Shown here in pieces: positions 41,096-55,894 of a DNA stretch of 64,000 nucleotides (positions are counted from its first letter, which is position 1; each line of letters opens with the position of its first letter). Made by a program: the position numbers and the translations under genes. Source of the stretch: the human T2T-CHM13v2.0 reference genome, Homo sapiens. Below the pieces are notes generated by a model. The model ran no database searches. It saw nothing but the letters and a program-made list of their open reading frames with translations, and was not told the DNA's origin. The stretch lies in NCBI RefSeq assembly GCF_009914755.1, contig NC_060930.1. One strand, 5' to 3'.

Positions 41096-41580
41096 TTTGT
41101 GTGCCTTAGGCCACCTACCTAGTGCTGTGCCCAACTGTGGATTCCAAACACCTTAGTCAAATCACACTTTATTTACAGACAAATTATTTGCCTTTGTTGT
41201 ATACAGAAGCATGTACTAATAGCTGAATTATTAATGCTAAATATTGTCTATATGAATGTAAGAAATGTAAATCAATGTTCTGAAACATATGAACCATGGC
41301 ATTAGCGAATTTCTGAACCAAAGAGTAGCATAAGACAGGAGAAAATGTGATTCAAGAAGATAAAGGGCATAAACTGTATTCTTAATTTATTCTGGACACA
41401 TAGCAGGTAGTCACTGAACGTTTGTTGAACGAAGTATAGTGAGTTCCACAAGGGCATATGGAAGGGAGTTTTCTGGTGTCAACAGCGGAGAAGAGGTAGA
41501 TGCACTTGAATTAAACTGAAACAGAGAAAATGGGCCTGTGTGAAAGAGACGAAAGAGCTGAGCGCTTACCCTGGGGTGGG

Positions 41581-41616
41581 TGTGTGTGGGTGTGTGTGTG
41601 TGTGTGTGTGTGTGTG
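41581..41616 (+). repeat. (TG)n microsatellite
   Basis: Direct. Confidence 0.95.
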
Positions 41617-42414
41617 ATGTTATAGCCTTATGTTTTTCTATCACTCTAACAAGGCCTCTAACAAGGTCTTATATAAATGTCTGAGCTAGGTCACAAGTTA
41701 TTAAGGAAGGGACTGCCTAGCTGTTCTGACTTAGCATTTTGATTATAAAGCCTCACGCCCTGGAAGTCAGCAGAAAGATGTCAAGTGTGATTAAGGAGAG
41801 ATGGTCATGGCACTGGTGAATTGTGGATATAACAATTGGGACCATGGTCCACACCACGCTTGGTCTTCACTACATGGAGATGATCTCTCCACTGTCCTGT
41901 TGGAGGCCTTCAACTGTATTTTGTTAATACAGTTACTGATTTTTCTTACACAATCCAGAAGGATTTTTTATTTAAAATAAATATGAACAATGACTAACAA
42001 TGACTTAGATACTCCAGGAGTTTAGTATATAAATTTAGAGTGTACTTTACAGTAATCTCAACAACTTTGTCAATCTAGTTAATATCTGCATGGATATGGT
42101 TTCTATCCTCTCTCCAGAAAAGATTATCTAAAGCATATCTTTTAATGGAGGATAACCTGGGGGAAATTCTTTTCTAAAAAGAAAGGGAGGAAAAAAATAT
42201 TTCCACATATCCATGGAGTATTAAAAATTAAACAGATATGAACTGTAAATAAAATTCCAGCAACGTCAATGTTTAAAAACCCTTTTAATCTCTTAAAGCT
42301 GGGAGACTAAGAAGATAAAATGCCCAGATGACAGAATTAAATTCTCTTTATAGGCCAGCCCCCATATGAAAAGAAAAAAAAATGTCAAGAGGAATCAGGG
42401 GAGTTTGCCATTAA

Positions 42415-42605
42415 ATTAAGCTTTGTTAAATCACTTATTATGTTCCAGGTACCCTTTTACCTGCTTTCAACCTTATCTCATTTAATCTTCAAAACTGCCT
42501 CTTAAACAGTATCTGATATGTGAAGAAAACAGTTACCCAGTAAGGTAAAATAACTTCCATAAGGGAGCAACAATGGGTTTAAACCCACATTAGTCAAGTC
42601 CAAAG
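42415..42605 (-). mobile_element. MIR
   Basis: ttatctcatttaatcttcaaaac...gtgaagaaaac. Confidence 0.5.
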
Positions 42606-43309
42606 GAACAAGAAAAATGAATGAAGTAAGCTAATGAATTAATAATGAAAGATTTTTTAAACCTTTTTATAAAGTTTATCAATATTTGGAAAAAAAATAA
42701 ATCTAACATTTGGATTTTGTTTTATCCTTAGAAGTGAAGGTGGTACCTTGAAAACTAAGTGATACATGATCATTCAAGCTGAAAGTGTCGATGGTTTGCT
42801 GTAGGATTAAACATCACGTGGTGTTAGGTGTTCCTAGGCCGATGGATACACCCAAGGATGAAAGATGGTTAGGAGCCTGGACCAAGTCCTATTATTCATG
42901 GAATTTGTTCTGCAAATTAAAAAAAATGTCCCCTTGAAAGTTGACTAAAGTGAAATTCTATGTATGAACTCTGCTTTTCCATTGACTCTCATGTGAAAGC
43001 AAATTATATATTCAGTTAATCCATAAATATTTGTTAACTTGTTTATTCAAGGTACAATTTCCATCAGGTTTTCCAAAAACAAAGACTAAGGAAAAACAAT
43101 GATGAAACCAGTAACCTGAAGAAATGATCTGTCCTAATTTAATGACAGAAATCGTTTTAGCTTCATTTCCAACTCTCTCGTTCTTCTTTCTAATACTGCA
43201 CACACTCAAACCTGAAAGCACCATATCCACTCCCACTCTTCACCTCAAACAACTTATATTTATCTAAGCAGGACCTGTTGACCACTAGAGGAAAGTATGA
43301 GAAATTCAA

Positions 43310-43480
43310 GATGCTAAGATTACTTGTTAACATTTAGTACTTAACCTGTGCCAGGAAACGACCTGAAGTTTTAAGATGTATCTACTCATTACATTCTAAT
43401 GAACAACCCTGGAAGTGGGTAGTTCCATTACCTGTAATCTGTCTATGAAGAAACTAAGCCACTATGGTGTTCAAGTCACA
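43310..43480 (-). mobile_element. MIR
   Basis: tgtgccagg...aacaaccctggaagtgggta...tatgaagaaactaag. Confidence 0.55.
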
Positions 43481-44168
43481 CTCTCAGGAGAACGGGGATA
43501 TTCTTTATGAGACAAGAGGCAATGAAGATAGGTGGAGTAAATGTAGATACAGATGAATTTTTAGATGAAATGGAGAACAATTGAAAGAAATTGTCTTTAT
43601 CCTTTCTGCAAAATAGGAGGTAATATAAGTAAAACTAAGACTAACGTTACTATCCTTAGGCACTCTGATGTCAAATATTTTGCATATAACTTTTACCTAC
43701 TCCTTACTACAGCCCTTCCAGAAAGATATTCAGTTGCTTAGTAAAAGTCTGCAAATTCAACATTGTTTTCCATCAAATCTTGGTTCTTACCCCTCTGATA
43801 TCTTACTATTCAATTCTCTAGTTGGTAGGAATGATCTTGGGAAATTATGAAGACCAGGGAAGGTTTGGAACAGTCACTGTAGGGAATGAAACTCACAGCC
43901 AGTGAGAAGTGAGCGAAGAATTGCCCCCAAAAAGTCTATGCATCAGATCTTAGGATTTGAGGTCACAAAGTGTGATATTAACATGGAACCTCTCTGGATG
44001 ATTGAAGGATTCCCCATAGAAGGCAGTGCTCAAAGGATGAAGTTGAAACTGGGAGATAAACAGAATGTTTCAAATCACGCTTTTGACGTTGATGTACGCA
44101 AATACCTAGAGTAGGAGGCAAAAATCATATATGATACCTGCCATGAGAGAGGAACGAAGAGGGCCATA

Positions 44169-45687
44169 CTTCCTTCACTCTAATTCTAAAGTCTCGTATT
44201 TTAATGCCTCACATTTGGGATGTGTCTTTAAATGGGTGGCATCTTTTTCCACTGATGGCGAGGTAGTCTTCAAAATGTAGTTGTGATTGCATATTCTAGA
44301 AATTGGCCTTGACCCGATCGTCCTCTCTGCATGACTTATGCTCACTGTGGATATCGTGAGTTATAGTGCCATTTAAAATATCTTCTAAGAAAAGTACTGT
44401 ATGGTTTCTCATTGAAAAAAGTTATTACATACATAAAGGAATGGAAATAGTGCTGCAAGGCATGTATGATATGTTAATAGAGGAAATATTTATATCAATG
44501 AAGTAAATGTGATCACAAGTCCATATGTTTTTGTGAAGCAGCAACCCAAGTGTTTTGCATAACCTGTGCCAACAAGTAGATGCAGCCAGTTATGTCTGTT
44601 CCTGAGACAACTGGAAAGGATTGCCTAGCACAGATCAAACAGTGCACCTAAAGGGAGGAGAAATTGCCAAATTCCTGGAAATAGGTGTATTCCAGTTACC
44701 TCTTGCTACACAACAAATTACTCCAAAACAATCCTAATAATTTTATCATCTCTCACATTCTCCATGGGTCAGGCTAAGAAAGGGCTTGCCTGCAAAGTTC
44801 CAGCTTAATGTCTGTCATCCAGTTGCAGTTTGACGTGTCTGGAGATGGGACAGTGGGGGGGCTGAAGCAGCTGGAAGCAGGTCAGGCATCTTTCTGTCTT
44901 TCTGTAGCCACCAAGCCTCTTCCTGTGATCTCTCTGCATGGACTACTTTGGGCTTTGATATAACTTGGCAGACCCAGATTAGCTGAACTGTTTACATGGA
45001 AGCCAAAAGCTTCAAGAGCTAGAGCTGGTGACCCATGAGCAAGGTCGAAGCCAAATCTTTTATGACCCAGCTTCCAGTGTCACATAGAGTCACTTCTGCT
45101 GCATTCCGTTGGTTTCCAAGAGATTCAGAAGCCATCCAGATTCTGGAGGAGGGGAATTAACTTCACCTCTTGATTGGAAAGTAGCAAGTTTCTAGAACAT
45201 ATGGTCTAGGAGATGTTGTTGCAGCTGTATTTGGAAAATACAATCTGCCACTAGATGAAGGAAATGTCAAAGTGCCAGGAAGCTGGTGTTACCAGTTCAT
45301 TCATTGTGCAGGACTTAACATTAAAGCACTGAAATTCCACTGAACTTCCTGCTGACTGAACAAAGCCATCTAACTTCCAGCCACGTGTGATTCAGTCAGG
45401 GAAAAAAAAATGAAATTACAAGGTTATGTTAATTAAACCTTGGTGCTCTTGAAGTATGTTGTCAATGCTAAAGGTATTAAAGAAGTCAAATTCATAATCA
45501 CCAGTTGCACATCTTCCATGTCTAAATAATCCTAGAGCAGCTCATTCAGTAAGTTAGAATAGGAATTTCAAGTCATTAAAAAACAAAAATACCGTCATAG
45601 TTTAACTGGCAACATTTTCTCTTAATGGTGTGTGAAATAATGGTGTGTCTTACAATTTATGGCATTTCTAGCTTTGATGAAGTGCAG
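44169..45687 (+). mobile_element. Tigger13a-like TcMar element split by an MLT1 LTR
   Basis: Decayed transposase N-terminus (ggagaaattgccaaattcc|atgaaggaaatgtcaaag); terminus ggtgtgtcttacaat...ttgatgaagtgcag followed by TA. Confidence 0.65.
44686..45251 (-). mobile_element. MLT1H-like solo LTR
   Basis: tgtattccagttacc...acaaattactccaaaac start; ttggaaaatacaatctgccac end. Confidence 0.8.
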
Positions 45688-46010
45688 TAAGTGCCATGAA
45701 GGTGCAATGTCAGGAGAAATTTCCTTTTCCTGGCATGGTCAGGAAAGGACCCAGAGGAGAAATGGTTCTGGGAAGCTCTAGGCTTTGGAAGGTAGAAAAC
45801 AGACTGCAGAGAGAAACAGGAAGTCAAGGAGCATGTTTGAAAAGCACTTTAAACGAAGCCCCGCCCCTTCTGCCCAGGCTTTGCCTGGCATCCTGTATGT
45901 GTATTTCCCACTCCAATCAGTCTTTCCCTTTTCCCTTGTGAAATTCCTGTCAGTCCTTCGTGACTCCTTGCAGGTCCTGCCCACTGCATATTGAGAAGAT
46001 TTTTCGTGAC

Positions 46011-47010
<1,000 letters not shown>

Positions 47011-47164
47011 GCGGCATGCAGCACAGAGCTCGGTTTGCCTGTTTTACCTATCAGAATTTTTGGTAAGGTTTCTAGTGATGAATGGGGTTCACAGCTTAGA
47101 AATGAAAATAAAAATGTAAATCATTGCAATATACCACACACTTCCGTGCTCAGTCATACAGCAG

Positions 47165-47291
47165 CCCATGAATTAGCCATCCCCCATCCATTTAATTAGT
47201 GCCTATTTACTAAGCATCTTCTAGGTGCCCCATTAATTAGCCAACCTCCGTTCATCTGATTAATGCCTATTTACTGAGCATCTTCTAGGTG
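47165..47291 (+). repeat. Tandem duplication, period 64 bp
   Basis: Two units ending tgcctatttact(a/g)agcatcttctaggtg; 9 mismatches in 63 aligned bases by eye. Confidence 0.9.
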
Positions 47292-47624
47292 TCTGGTACT
47301 GTGTGAGCCAATGGCTACTTCTGGTATATTTTGTTTCATGAAACTTCTGAGTTGGAGAGAAAGAAATTAAGTAAGTTTTGCAATGACCAAATTAGAAATT
47401 GATGAAAGAGTAAGGATGTTATAAGAACGACAGGGATGAAATGATTTTTACAGGGGCATTTTAACCACTTTAAATCTAAATCAAGTATGTTTGATTATGC
47501 CATATTTTCTTAACCTCTATAAGCTGAATTTTATTCGATATCTTTATAACTAAGTTTTCCTCAGCATTAAATATGTGTTTTGATTCTCTCAGCAGTTACT
47601 GAAGAGAATGGTACTTAATTATTG

Positions 47625-47795
47625 AGAAATACTTCACATGCATTTTCTCATTAATTCTCACAACTTTATGAAGTAAGTACTGTTAGCATACTCCTTTTTA
47701 ATAGATACCAACTGAGATACAGAGAAAATGAGAACATTGCTCAACCAAAGTTATACTGTAGGCAGCCGAACTTGAGCACATTTGCTTTACCATAT
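47625..47795 (-). mobile_element. MIR
   Basis: ctcattaattctcacaactttatgaagtaagtac...aactgagatacagaga. Confidence 0.65.
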
Positions 47796-47894
47796 GAGCT
47801 ATTTTATGACCATTATAAAGGCCGTAGGATTCACTCATACTTCGTAGTTAAAGCTTATGTATGTTTTTTAAAGTTTTGTTGTTTCCTCTTTTAT

Positions 47895-48611
47895 GTTTTT
47901 AGTCACCCTTCTTGAGCTACAATTTAACACCATCCATTGTATCCCTTTAGAGTGTACAGTTTGATCATTTTGACAGTTGTATACATTCATGATATCACCA
48001 TGCAGACAAGATATCAAACTTCCCAGCATCTCCAGAAGTTTCTTCATGTGCCTTCTCAGTTCGTTCCTCATCTCTCTAAGATTTTAGCGACCACTGAGAG
48101 AGAGAAAGAGACACACAGAGAGAGAAACAGAGACAGAGACAGAGGGGGACAAAGACAGAGACAGGCAGGAACAGAAAGAATGAATCCCTTTTGTGCTTTT
48201 TGTACCTGGCTTCTTTCTCTCACATCATGCTTTTGAGATTCACCCTGCTGTGGCATGTGTCAGTAATATCAATGTAATGTTTTGTTGCTGAATAGAATTG
48301 TATGTGTCTATCACAAGTTATTTATCAATTTACCAGTTGGATATTTGGGTTATTTTCAGTTTTGGGGCTATTGTGAATGAAATTGCTGTGAATATTTGTG
48401 TACATGTCTTTTTGTGGACATACATACATATCTACACCAACACTTGGTATGATTGGCCTTTTTAAAAATTCCAGCTATTTTAAGGATGTACATTAGTATA
48501 TTATTATGATTTTAATTTGTACTTCCTTGATGATTAATGATATTAAGCATATTTTCTTGTGCTTATTGGCCATGTGTATATCTTTTATTTAAAAATAAAT
48601 GTTTGTTCAAA
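47895..48611 (-). mobile_element. L1MB/ME 3' region with embedded GA-rich repeat
   Basis: tttagagtgtacagtttgatcattttgaca; gtgcttattggccat. Confidence 0.65.
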
Positions 48612-48612
48612 T

Positions 48613-48899
48613 TTTTTTTTAGAAGGAGTCTTGCTCTGCTGCCTAGGCTGGAGTGCAGTGGCACAATCTCAGCTCACTACAACCTCCACCTCCTGAGTTC
48701 CAGGGATTCCCCTGACTGAGCTTCCTGAGCAGCTGGGATTACAGGCACCTGCCACCATGCCCGGCTAATTTTTTTTTTCTTTTAGTAGAGACGGAGTTTC
48801 ATCAGGTTGGTCAGGCTGGTCTTGAACTCCTGACCTCAAGTCACTCAGGAGTCGAGGCCTCCTACCTCAGCCTCCCAAAGTGAGCCACCACACCCAGCC
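48613..48899 (-). mobile_element. AluS with rearranged left arm
   Basis: Dimer with a short inverted insert (48845-48859) and a deletion at aaagtg|agccacc. Confidence 0.92.
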
Positions 48900-50339
48900 T
48901 GTTGTTGTATGTTCTTATTCATGCATTCTCCAATGCATATGTATGTCTATTTGTATGTAATACACACATATCATTGAAATTGCATTTTTTATTTATAATT
49001 TTTAAAAATAGAAATTGAAAATAATGAAATAAATCTAAACTTTTAATATTTTCCTCTTCATGAATCATTCTATGATTTCATACTCAGAGATACAATCCAG
49101 GATTCTTAAATTTAAATTATATTCTGGAATTAAGCACTCATGTGTGAGTGTTACAGTAGTGAAATTTCATGCATTAGATTTCAGAACAATCAGTAGAGGA
49201 ACTGTGTTTATTAATAATTAGACTTATATTTAGAAACCGTATGTCATAATAATAAATAAAAATTTCTTTTGTAATGACACAATGAATTAACAGTAAAACT
49301 GTCCTTTAAAAATTTCGAACATCACATACTCAATTTTGGCCAATCTTTATTTGTTGCTTAAAAAATAAGCATTTCTACACTGCTTTACTCAAAACCACCA
49401 CAGAGTTGTGAAAAGAATTGCTGTGCATTTCTTATGAAAATGTTTGGATACCCCACCACGCACATCTGTACAATTCTCATATTTATAATCATTCATATTC
49501 AGAATAGTATGTGCCTTCTAAGTATGCCAGTGAAAAATAAAATGATTACTTTTCCTCAAACGTTCAGCAGGCAGTCTAAATTAGCCAGCTGGTCTCTTGT
49601 CATGGCTGGAAATATATAGCTTTTTATAAAAAGTGACAGTAAATATGTCTATGGCCCAGTTACTTTATATGCAAGTGGAAATTCCATCAGTGCAATGACT
49701 TATGATTGGAGAAGAGCAAAAAAGTGTATAAAGAAAGAGAAGCAATGAGAATAGTGTTTCATGTGCCTTGCAGTGGCTCACAAAAAAATAACTCATTTTT
49801 AGGAAGTGAAATCACCTTGTTTTATGGCTAGGCAGTAATCTCAAGGTCCACTTGTTAAGTTTTTTTTTATTATTGAAGATTCAGAAGTCATTTAAAAACA
49901 TGACCTGTTAGAACAATTCAATGCACCAAGTCTATTTGGAAAAATTGTGTGGTAAATCATGATTCATTATGCAATTGTGATCAGCACACAGTGTTATAAA
50001 TTCATCTATCTTGACTGTATAGTCCTTTCCATGCAGTTTCTTTATACAGTCTATTAGTCCACACCCCACATTTATTTATTCTTCTTTGCTTGTTCTATTT
50101 TGTTATATTATTTTTCTGTGTTTTATGTTTTGCTCTATTTTAAACTATTTACTTTGTTTAAACTATTACTCTATCTGAAACTTTTTATTGGTCTGTCTTT
50201 TGTAATCTAACTTGTGTCACCAATACCATAAAATGTATGATAGGAACAAAATGCCATAATAAATAAAACTATCTGTATCTGCACCAATACTCTGGGCTTT
50301 GAGTCCCTCACAGATCATGAAGTAATAAACAAATGCATT

Positions 50340-50490
50340 GCCGGATACTGGAGTTGGGGAGATCTTCTACTCTAGTCCCCATGTTAAAGATGAGAAACTG
50401 AAATCCAGAGAGGCCAAGCAACCTGCTCAGATGACACTGCCAGAGAGTAACAGCCCCAAACTTGCCTTTTTCCCAGATTGGTGCATTCTC
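50340..50490 (-). mobile_element. MIR fragment
   Basis: ccccatgttaaagatgagaaactgaaatccagagagg core. Confidence 0.6.
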
Positions 50491-50594
50491 CCCTGTGCCT
50501 TAGTTTTCTTTGTGATTAAAGCAACTGAGTAATTCAAGGTAGTCATCATCTCCAAGGCTAAATTATTCGTGACAATTGTCTTTTTCCTTGAGAA

Positions 50595-50948
50595 TTTATT
50601 CAACCATTATTCTATGAATATTGATTGAGCAACTACCATGTGCCAGGCACTGTTAAGGTTATGGCAGCAAACAAAGACAGAACTCTCTGCCTTCCTGGAG
50701 CTTGTGTTGCAGTGGAGTGAAACAGACAACAAACAGCACAAATGAGGGAAACGTATAGTGTGCAAGATGGCGATAAGTGCTTTGAAGAAAAATAAGGCAG
50801 AGAAAGGAAATAGGGAATACATTTATATTTTGTGTTGGAGAGGAAGGGTGGGAAAGGATGAGTAAAATTTTAAGTAGAAAAGCCGGAAAAGATGTCACAG
50901 AAAAGGTGACATTTCAGGAAAGACCTAAGAAGGTAGAGAGCCATGCAA
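50595..50948 (-). mobile_element. L2a 3' end
   Basis: attgagcaactaccatgtgccaggcactgtt...gccttcctggagctt...aaggtgacattt. Confidence 0.85.
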
Positions 50949-51930
50949 CCCATTTCCTTCATGACTGTGGGAGATCTTAGCTTCCTCCACAGGGAAGAAA
51001 GTCAAGATTTTTTTCAGACATTTTTTTCTTCATCTTCTACAAGTAGTCAACTCTATTAAATGAACATCCTAATGGGAAGAGTTTTTTCTTTTACCCAAAA
51101 TATTTGCAGCGATCGGAAGGGTTTCTTTTATGTTGCATATCTAGACATCACTAATTATAGCAACTGTAATCCTGCCTATGAATAATGTAAGTGGATTTAG
51201 CTGGCATTTGATTGCTGGGCAGGGAGAACTGGGTTTCCGTCAGCTGGGCCTGGGCCTGCTTTTTTGTTTACTCTCTTCCCATCAATTACACTTAGTCTGC
51301 AGGGCTCAGGTGAATCACAGCTTGAAAGGTCTCTACCACTTTGAACCACTTTACACTGAGACCTGGAAAGCAGAGAACAGTAGAAAAGTCATTTGTGTAG
51401 TTGAAAAGGAAGCAGTTTTCTGACAATGCCCATATCTTTAAGGACTTTTGAAGAAACCACTTCTCAAAAGTGCTCAGGAAGTTTAACCATTAACTAACTT
51501 TTACTGTGGGTAGAGGAGAGTTAACTTTGTGATTTTCTCATGCTTTATATGATGTTAAAAGAAGAAAATTTTCTGTGATTTAAAAAAATAATCAGGAATC
51601 TCTGCATGTGTGCCTAGACAAGAATAAATGTGAGACTTGTCAGCCAAAAATACTTTTATGTATGGATGCATAAACTTTATATATAAGTATACATTGCCGT
51701 TAGAGGCTTATAGATTTCATTTATGTGTCTTAGTTACAAAAATTGTATTATTTCAAAGGGAAGAATGTCTCCATCAAATTCCTAATTCTGTCTTCATTTA
51801 TTCTTCCATTCATTTACAAATATTTACTTCGTGTATATTGCATGTTAGGCTCTGTACTAGCAGAGTCTATACAATGAGTTCTAGAACTACCTTTTCTACA
51901 GTTTGTATATTTCCTTATTCCTTAAGATCA

Positions 51931-52264
<334 letters not shown>

Positions 52265-53781
52265 TCATCGGACAAATGCTTTTTCAAATGTTATGTTTAT
52301 TAATACATTATAAAATATAATGAGTTATAAACTGTGCAGTACTATCAATTTCAGGTGGGAAAATGGTCAAGTTTAAATTGTTACTTTAAAGGACAGAAAA
52401 TTGCTATACAATGTAAGTATACCTCATTTTGAAAGAACAAGCTATTTAGATAAACAGCAGGTCAATTAAGAGGACAGTGATATTAACAAGTGATAGAACG
52501 AGTTTCAAAATTTTCAGTTTTCTAAATAGACTCTTCATTATTTTATTACAATGTCAAAGAAGATATCAAATCTATTTTCAGCCAGGGTATGGATATTTGG
52601 AATATTCACAAATTTCAATGCTATGAGGACTTTTACTTCTGTAAAGATGGAGTACACATACTTTTTCATATCTCTTCTGCTAAATATAACTAAAAATTCT
52701 GGACATTATATATAAAACAAACAGAAGAAGACTCTGAAATGTGGACAGAAGAAGGCAAACCAGCTAGGGACCCTGGGACCCAAGGAATGACACAGCAGTG
52801 AGTGGCAATTTATCTTTTTCTCTTATATATCCTAAATGTATTGTTGAAGAAACCAATGTATGCAAACACATTAATCTGGAAATAGCAATGTGTGCAAGCA
52901 CAAAGAGCCCTAACAAAAGCTTTGTCTCTCTAACCAAAGGACCAAGAAAGGGACAGAGACTTTTAGACAATAACTCTTCTGCTCTAGTCTTCGGCCCATC
53001 AGAGAATTCCTGCCTTGATAGTCTTTATGTCTCACCTAAGCCTTGATGGTGGGGTTGAGGTAGGAAAGCTGAGAAACACGTGTCAAAGTCACGGCCCACT
53101 AAAAGCCTGAGATTTAATAATAATATTATGAAAAGCTTCTCTTTTCCCATATGTTAACATCACCCCGACAGGACTTCAGTATAATAATAGTGGATTCCAG
53201 CCAAATGATCTGTAAGACACAAAATAAATCAGAATATAACTGTTAGAACAGAAAGGAAATATGGACAAATCTACAGTTATAGTTGGAGACTTCAACACTG
53301 CTCTCCCAACAATCATTAGAACAACTAGAAAGAAAATCAGCAAGGTTATAGAAGGAATCAACAACACCATTAACCAACATGATTGAATCAATATTTATAG
53401 GACACTCCACCCAACAACAGAATAATCATTCTTTTCACGTGGCCTCAGAACATATACCAAAATAGATTATACCATGGGCCATAAAACAAACTTCAACAAA
53501 CTTAGAAGAATTGAAACTATACACAATATTTTCTCTGACCGCAACAGAGTAAAACTAGAAGTCAGTAATGTAAAGGAAACAGGAAAGTTTTCAGACAGTT
53601 GGAACTAGACAATACACTTCTAAATAATCTATAGGTCAAAGAAGAAATGTCAAGGGAAATCATAAAAATACACTGAAATGAATTAATATGAAAAGATATC
53701 AAAATTTGTGGAACACAAAGCAAGGCTGAAAGACAAATTTCTAGCACTAGATATTACAAAGGAGGAAAAGTTTCAAATCTG

Positions 53782-55102
53782 CAAGAGGTCTTCAAAAAGT
53801 TTATAGAAAATGTGTATTATGAAAAACTATGCATGGATTTCAGAGTTTTTTGGCACCAACATAAACTCATCCTAACTTGTTGAAGCATATCTGAACAGGA
53901 TCTAGTTTAAGGCACTAAGAATGATAAGACATCAGTTTGAAAAGAGGCCCTATCAGAGCAACATGAATTCTGCTAAAATTGAAGCAATAACAAACATCAC
54001 ACTTGTGATGAAGCTTGGGTGGAAGACTGGTGAAATCGCTGATTATTTACAAAAAGTTTATGGGGACAGTGCCCCAAAGAAACTGGCAGTTTACAAATGG
54101 ATAACTTGTTTTAAGAAGGTATGAGATCATGTTGAAGATGAAGCCCACAGCAACAGACCATACACATCAGTTTGCAAGGAAAAAATTCATCTTGTTTGTG
54201 CCCTACTTGAAGAGGACTGACAACTAAGAGCAGAAACAATAACCAACACCATAGACATCTCAAATAGTTCAGCTTACACAATTTTGATTGAAAAATTAAA
54301 GTTGAGCAAGTTTTCCACTGTATAGGTGCCAAGACTGTTGCACCCAGCTCAGCTGCAGACAAGAGGAGAGCTTTCAATGGAAAATTTGAACAAATGGGAT
54401 CAAGAGCCTGGAGTATTTCTTCGAAGAATTGTAGCAAAAGATGAAACATAACTTTACCAATACGATCCTTAAGACAAAGCACAATCAAAGCAATGCCTAC
54501 CAAGAGGTGGAAGGGGGCAAGTCAAAGCAAAATGGACTGGTCAAGAGCAAAGGTCATGGCATCAGTTTTTTGGGATGCTCAAGGCATTTTGTTTGTTAAC
54601 TTTCTGCAAGGCCAAAGAACAATAACATCTGATTATTATGAGAGTATTTTGAGAAAGTTAGCTAAAGCTTTAGCAGAAAAACACCTGGGAAAGCTTCGCC
54701 GGAGAGCCCTTCTCCACCACAACAATGCTTCTTTTCATTCTTCTCATCAAACAAGGGTAATTTTGCAAGAGTTTCCATGAGAATCATTAGGCATCCACCT
54801 TACAGTCCTGATTTGGCTCCTCCTGACTCCTTTTCATTTCCTAATCTTAAATCTTTAAAAGGCACTCATTTTTCTTCAATTAATAATGTGAAAAGACTAC
54901 GCTGACATGGTTAAATTCCCAGGACTCTCAGTTATTTAGGGATGAGCTTAATGTTGGTGTCATTGCTTACAAAATTGTCTTGAACTTGATGAAGCTTGTG
55001 TTGAGAAATAAAGTCAATGTTTTTTATTTTTATCTATTAAAATTAATAAATTTATTAAATCTATTCATTTCATTTTTCCACAAACTTTTTGAAGTCTCCT
55101 CA
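53782..55102 (+). mobile_element. Full-length HSMAR2 mariner transposon
   Basis: TIRs caagaggtcttcaaaaagtt / aactttttgaagtctcctca; ~1.3 kb; right flank (TA)n. Confidence 0.95.
53963..55011 (+). pseudogene. HSMAR2 D,D34D transposase pseudogene
   Basis: MNSAKIEA start, VFWDAQG, YSPDLAP (54801); WVPR Trp codon now TAG; DET followed by TAA; HDNA mutated to HNNA; frameshifts. Confidence 0.93.
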
Positions 55103-55340
55103 TATATATATATATTCTTAGCTCCCACTTCAAGAACCTAGGAAAAGAAGAGCAAAAGAAACTCAAAGCAAGAAGAAGAAAGAAAATAAGATCAGATCGC
55201 AATGAAACTGAAGCAGAAAATTAGTAGAGAAATAAAACAAAGAGGTAATTCTTTGAAAAGATAAAATTGACAAAGACTGACAAAGAGAAAAGACACAAAT
55301 GACCCATATCAGGAGTGAAACTGTGGATATCACCAGGTCC

Positions 55341-55760
55341 TGTATGTTAACTTCCTAGGGCCGCCATAACAAAATACTATGGACTGTATGTCTCTAATCA
55401 CAGAAATGTATTGTCTCACAGTTCTGGAGGCTGTAAATTCAAAATCAAGGTGTCAGCAGGGTTGGTTCCTTCTGAGGGCTGTGAGGGGAGGATATGTTCC
55501 AGGCCTCTCTCCTTGGCTTATAAATGGTCATCTTCTTACTATGTCTCTTCATATTGCCTTCCATCTATGTGTATCTCTCTGTATTCAAATTTCCCTCTTT
55601 TATGAAGACATTAGTTATATTGGAATAGGGCCTATCCTAATGACCTCACTTTAACTTGATTGCCTTTGTAAGGGCCCTGTCTCCAAATAGGGTCACATTC
55701 TGAGGCACTGGGGGTAGGACTTAAACATGAATTTTGGGGAGTGCAATTTAACCCATAACA
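55341..55760 (-). mobile_element. MLT1A/B solo LTR
   Basis: gccataacaaaatac...ctcacagttctggaggct...atcaaggtgtcagcaggg...cccataaca. Confidence 0.88.
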
Positions 55761-55894
55761 CTTTACAAACAACAAAAGGACAAAAAGGGAATGCTGTAAG
55801 AAAAACTCTACACACATAAATTTTGTGATTTATATGGCCAACTGCTTAAAAACACAATCTACCACAATTTATTCAATATGAAATAGATTATTTG

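Noticed and set aside
41644-42005. Small tandem duplications (ctctaacaagg x2; aacaatgact x2)
   Set aside because: Ordinary slippage indels
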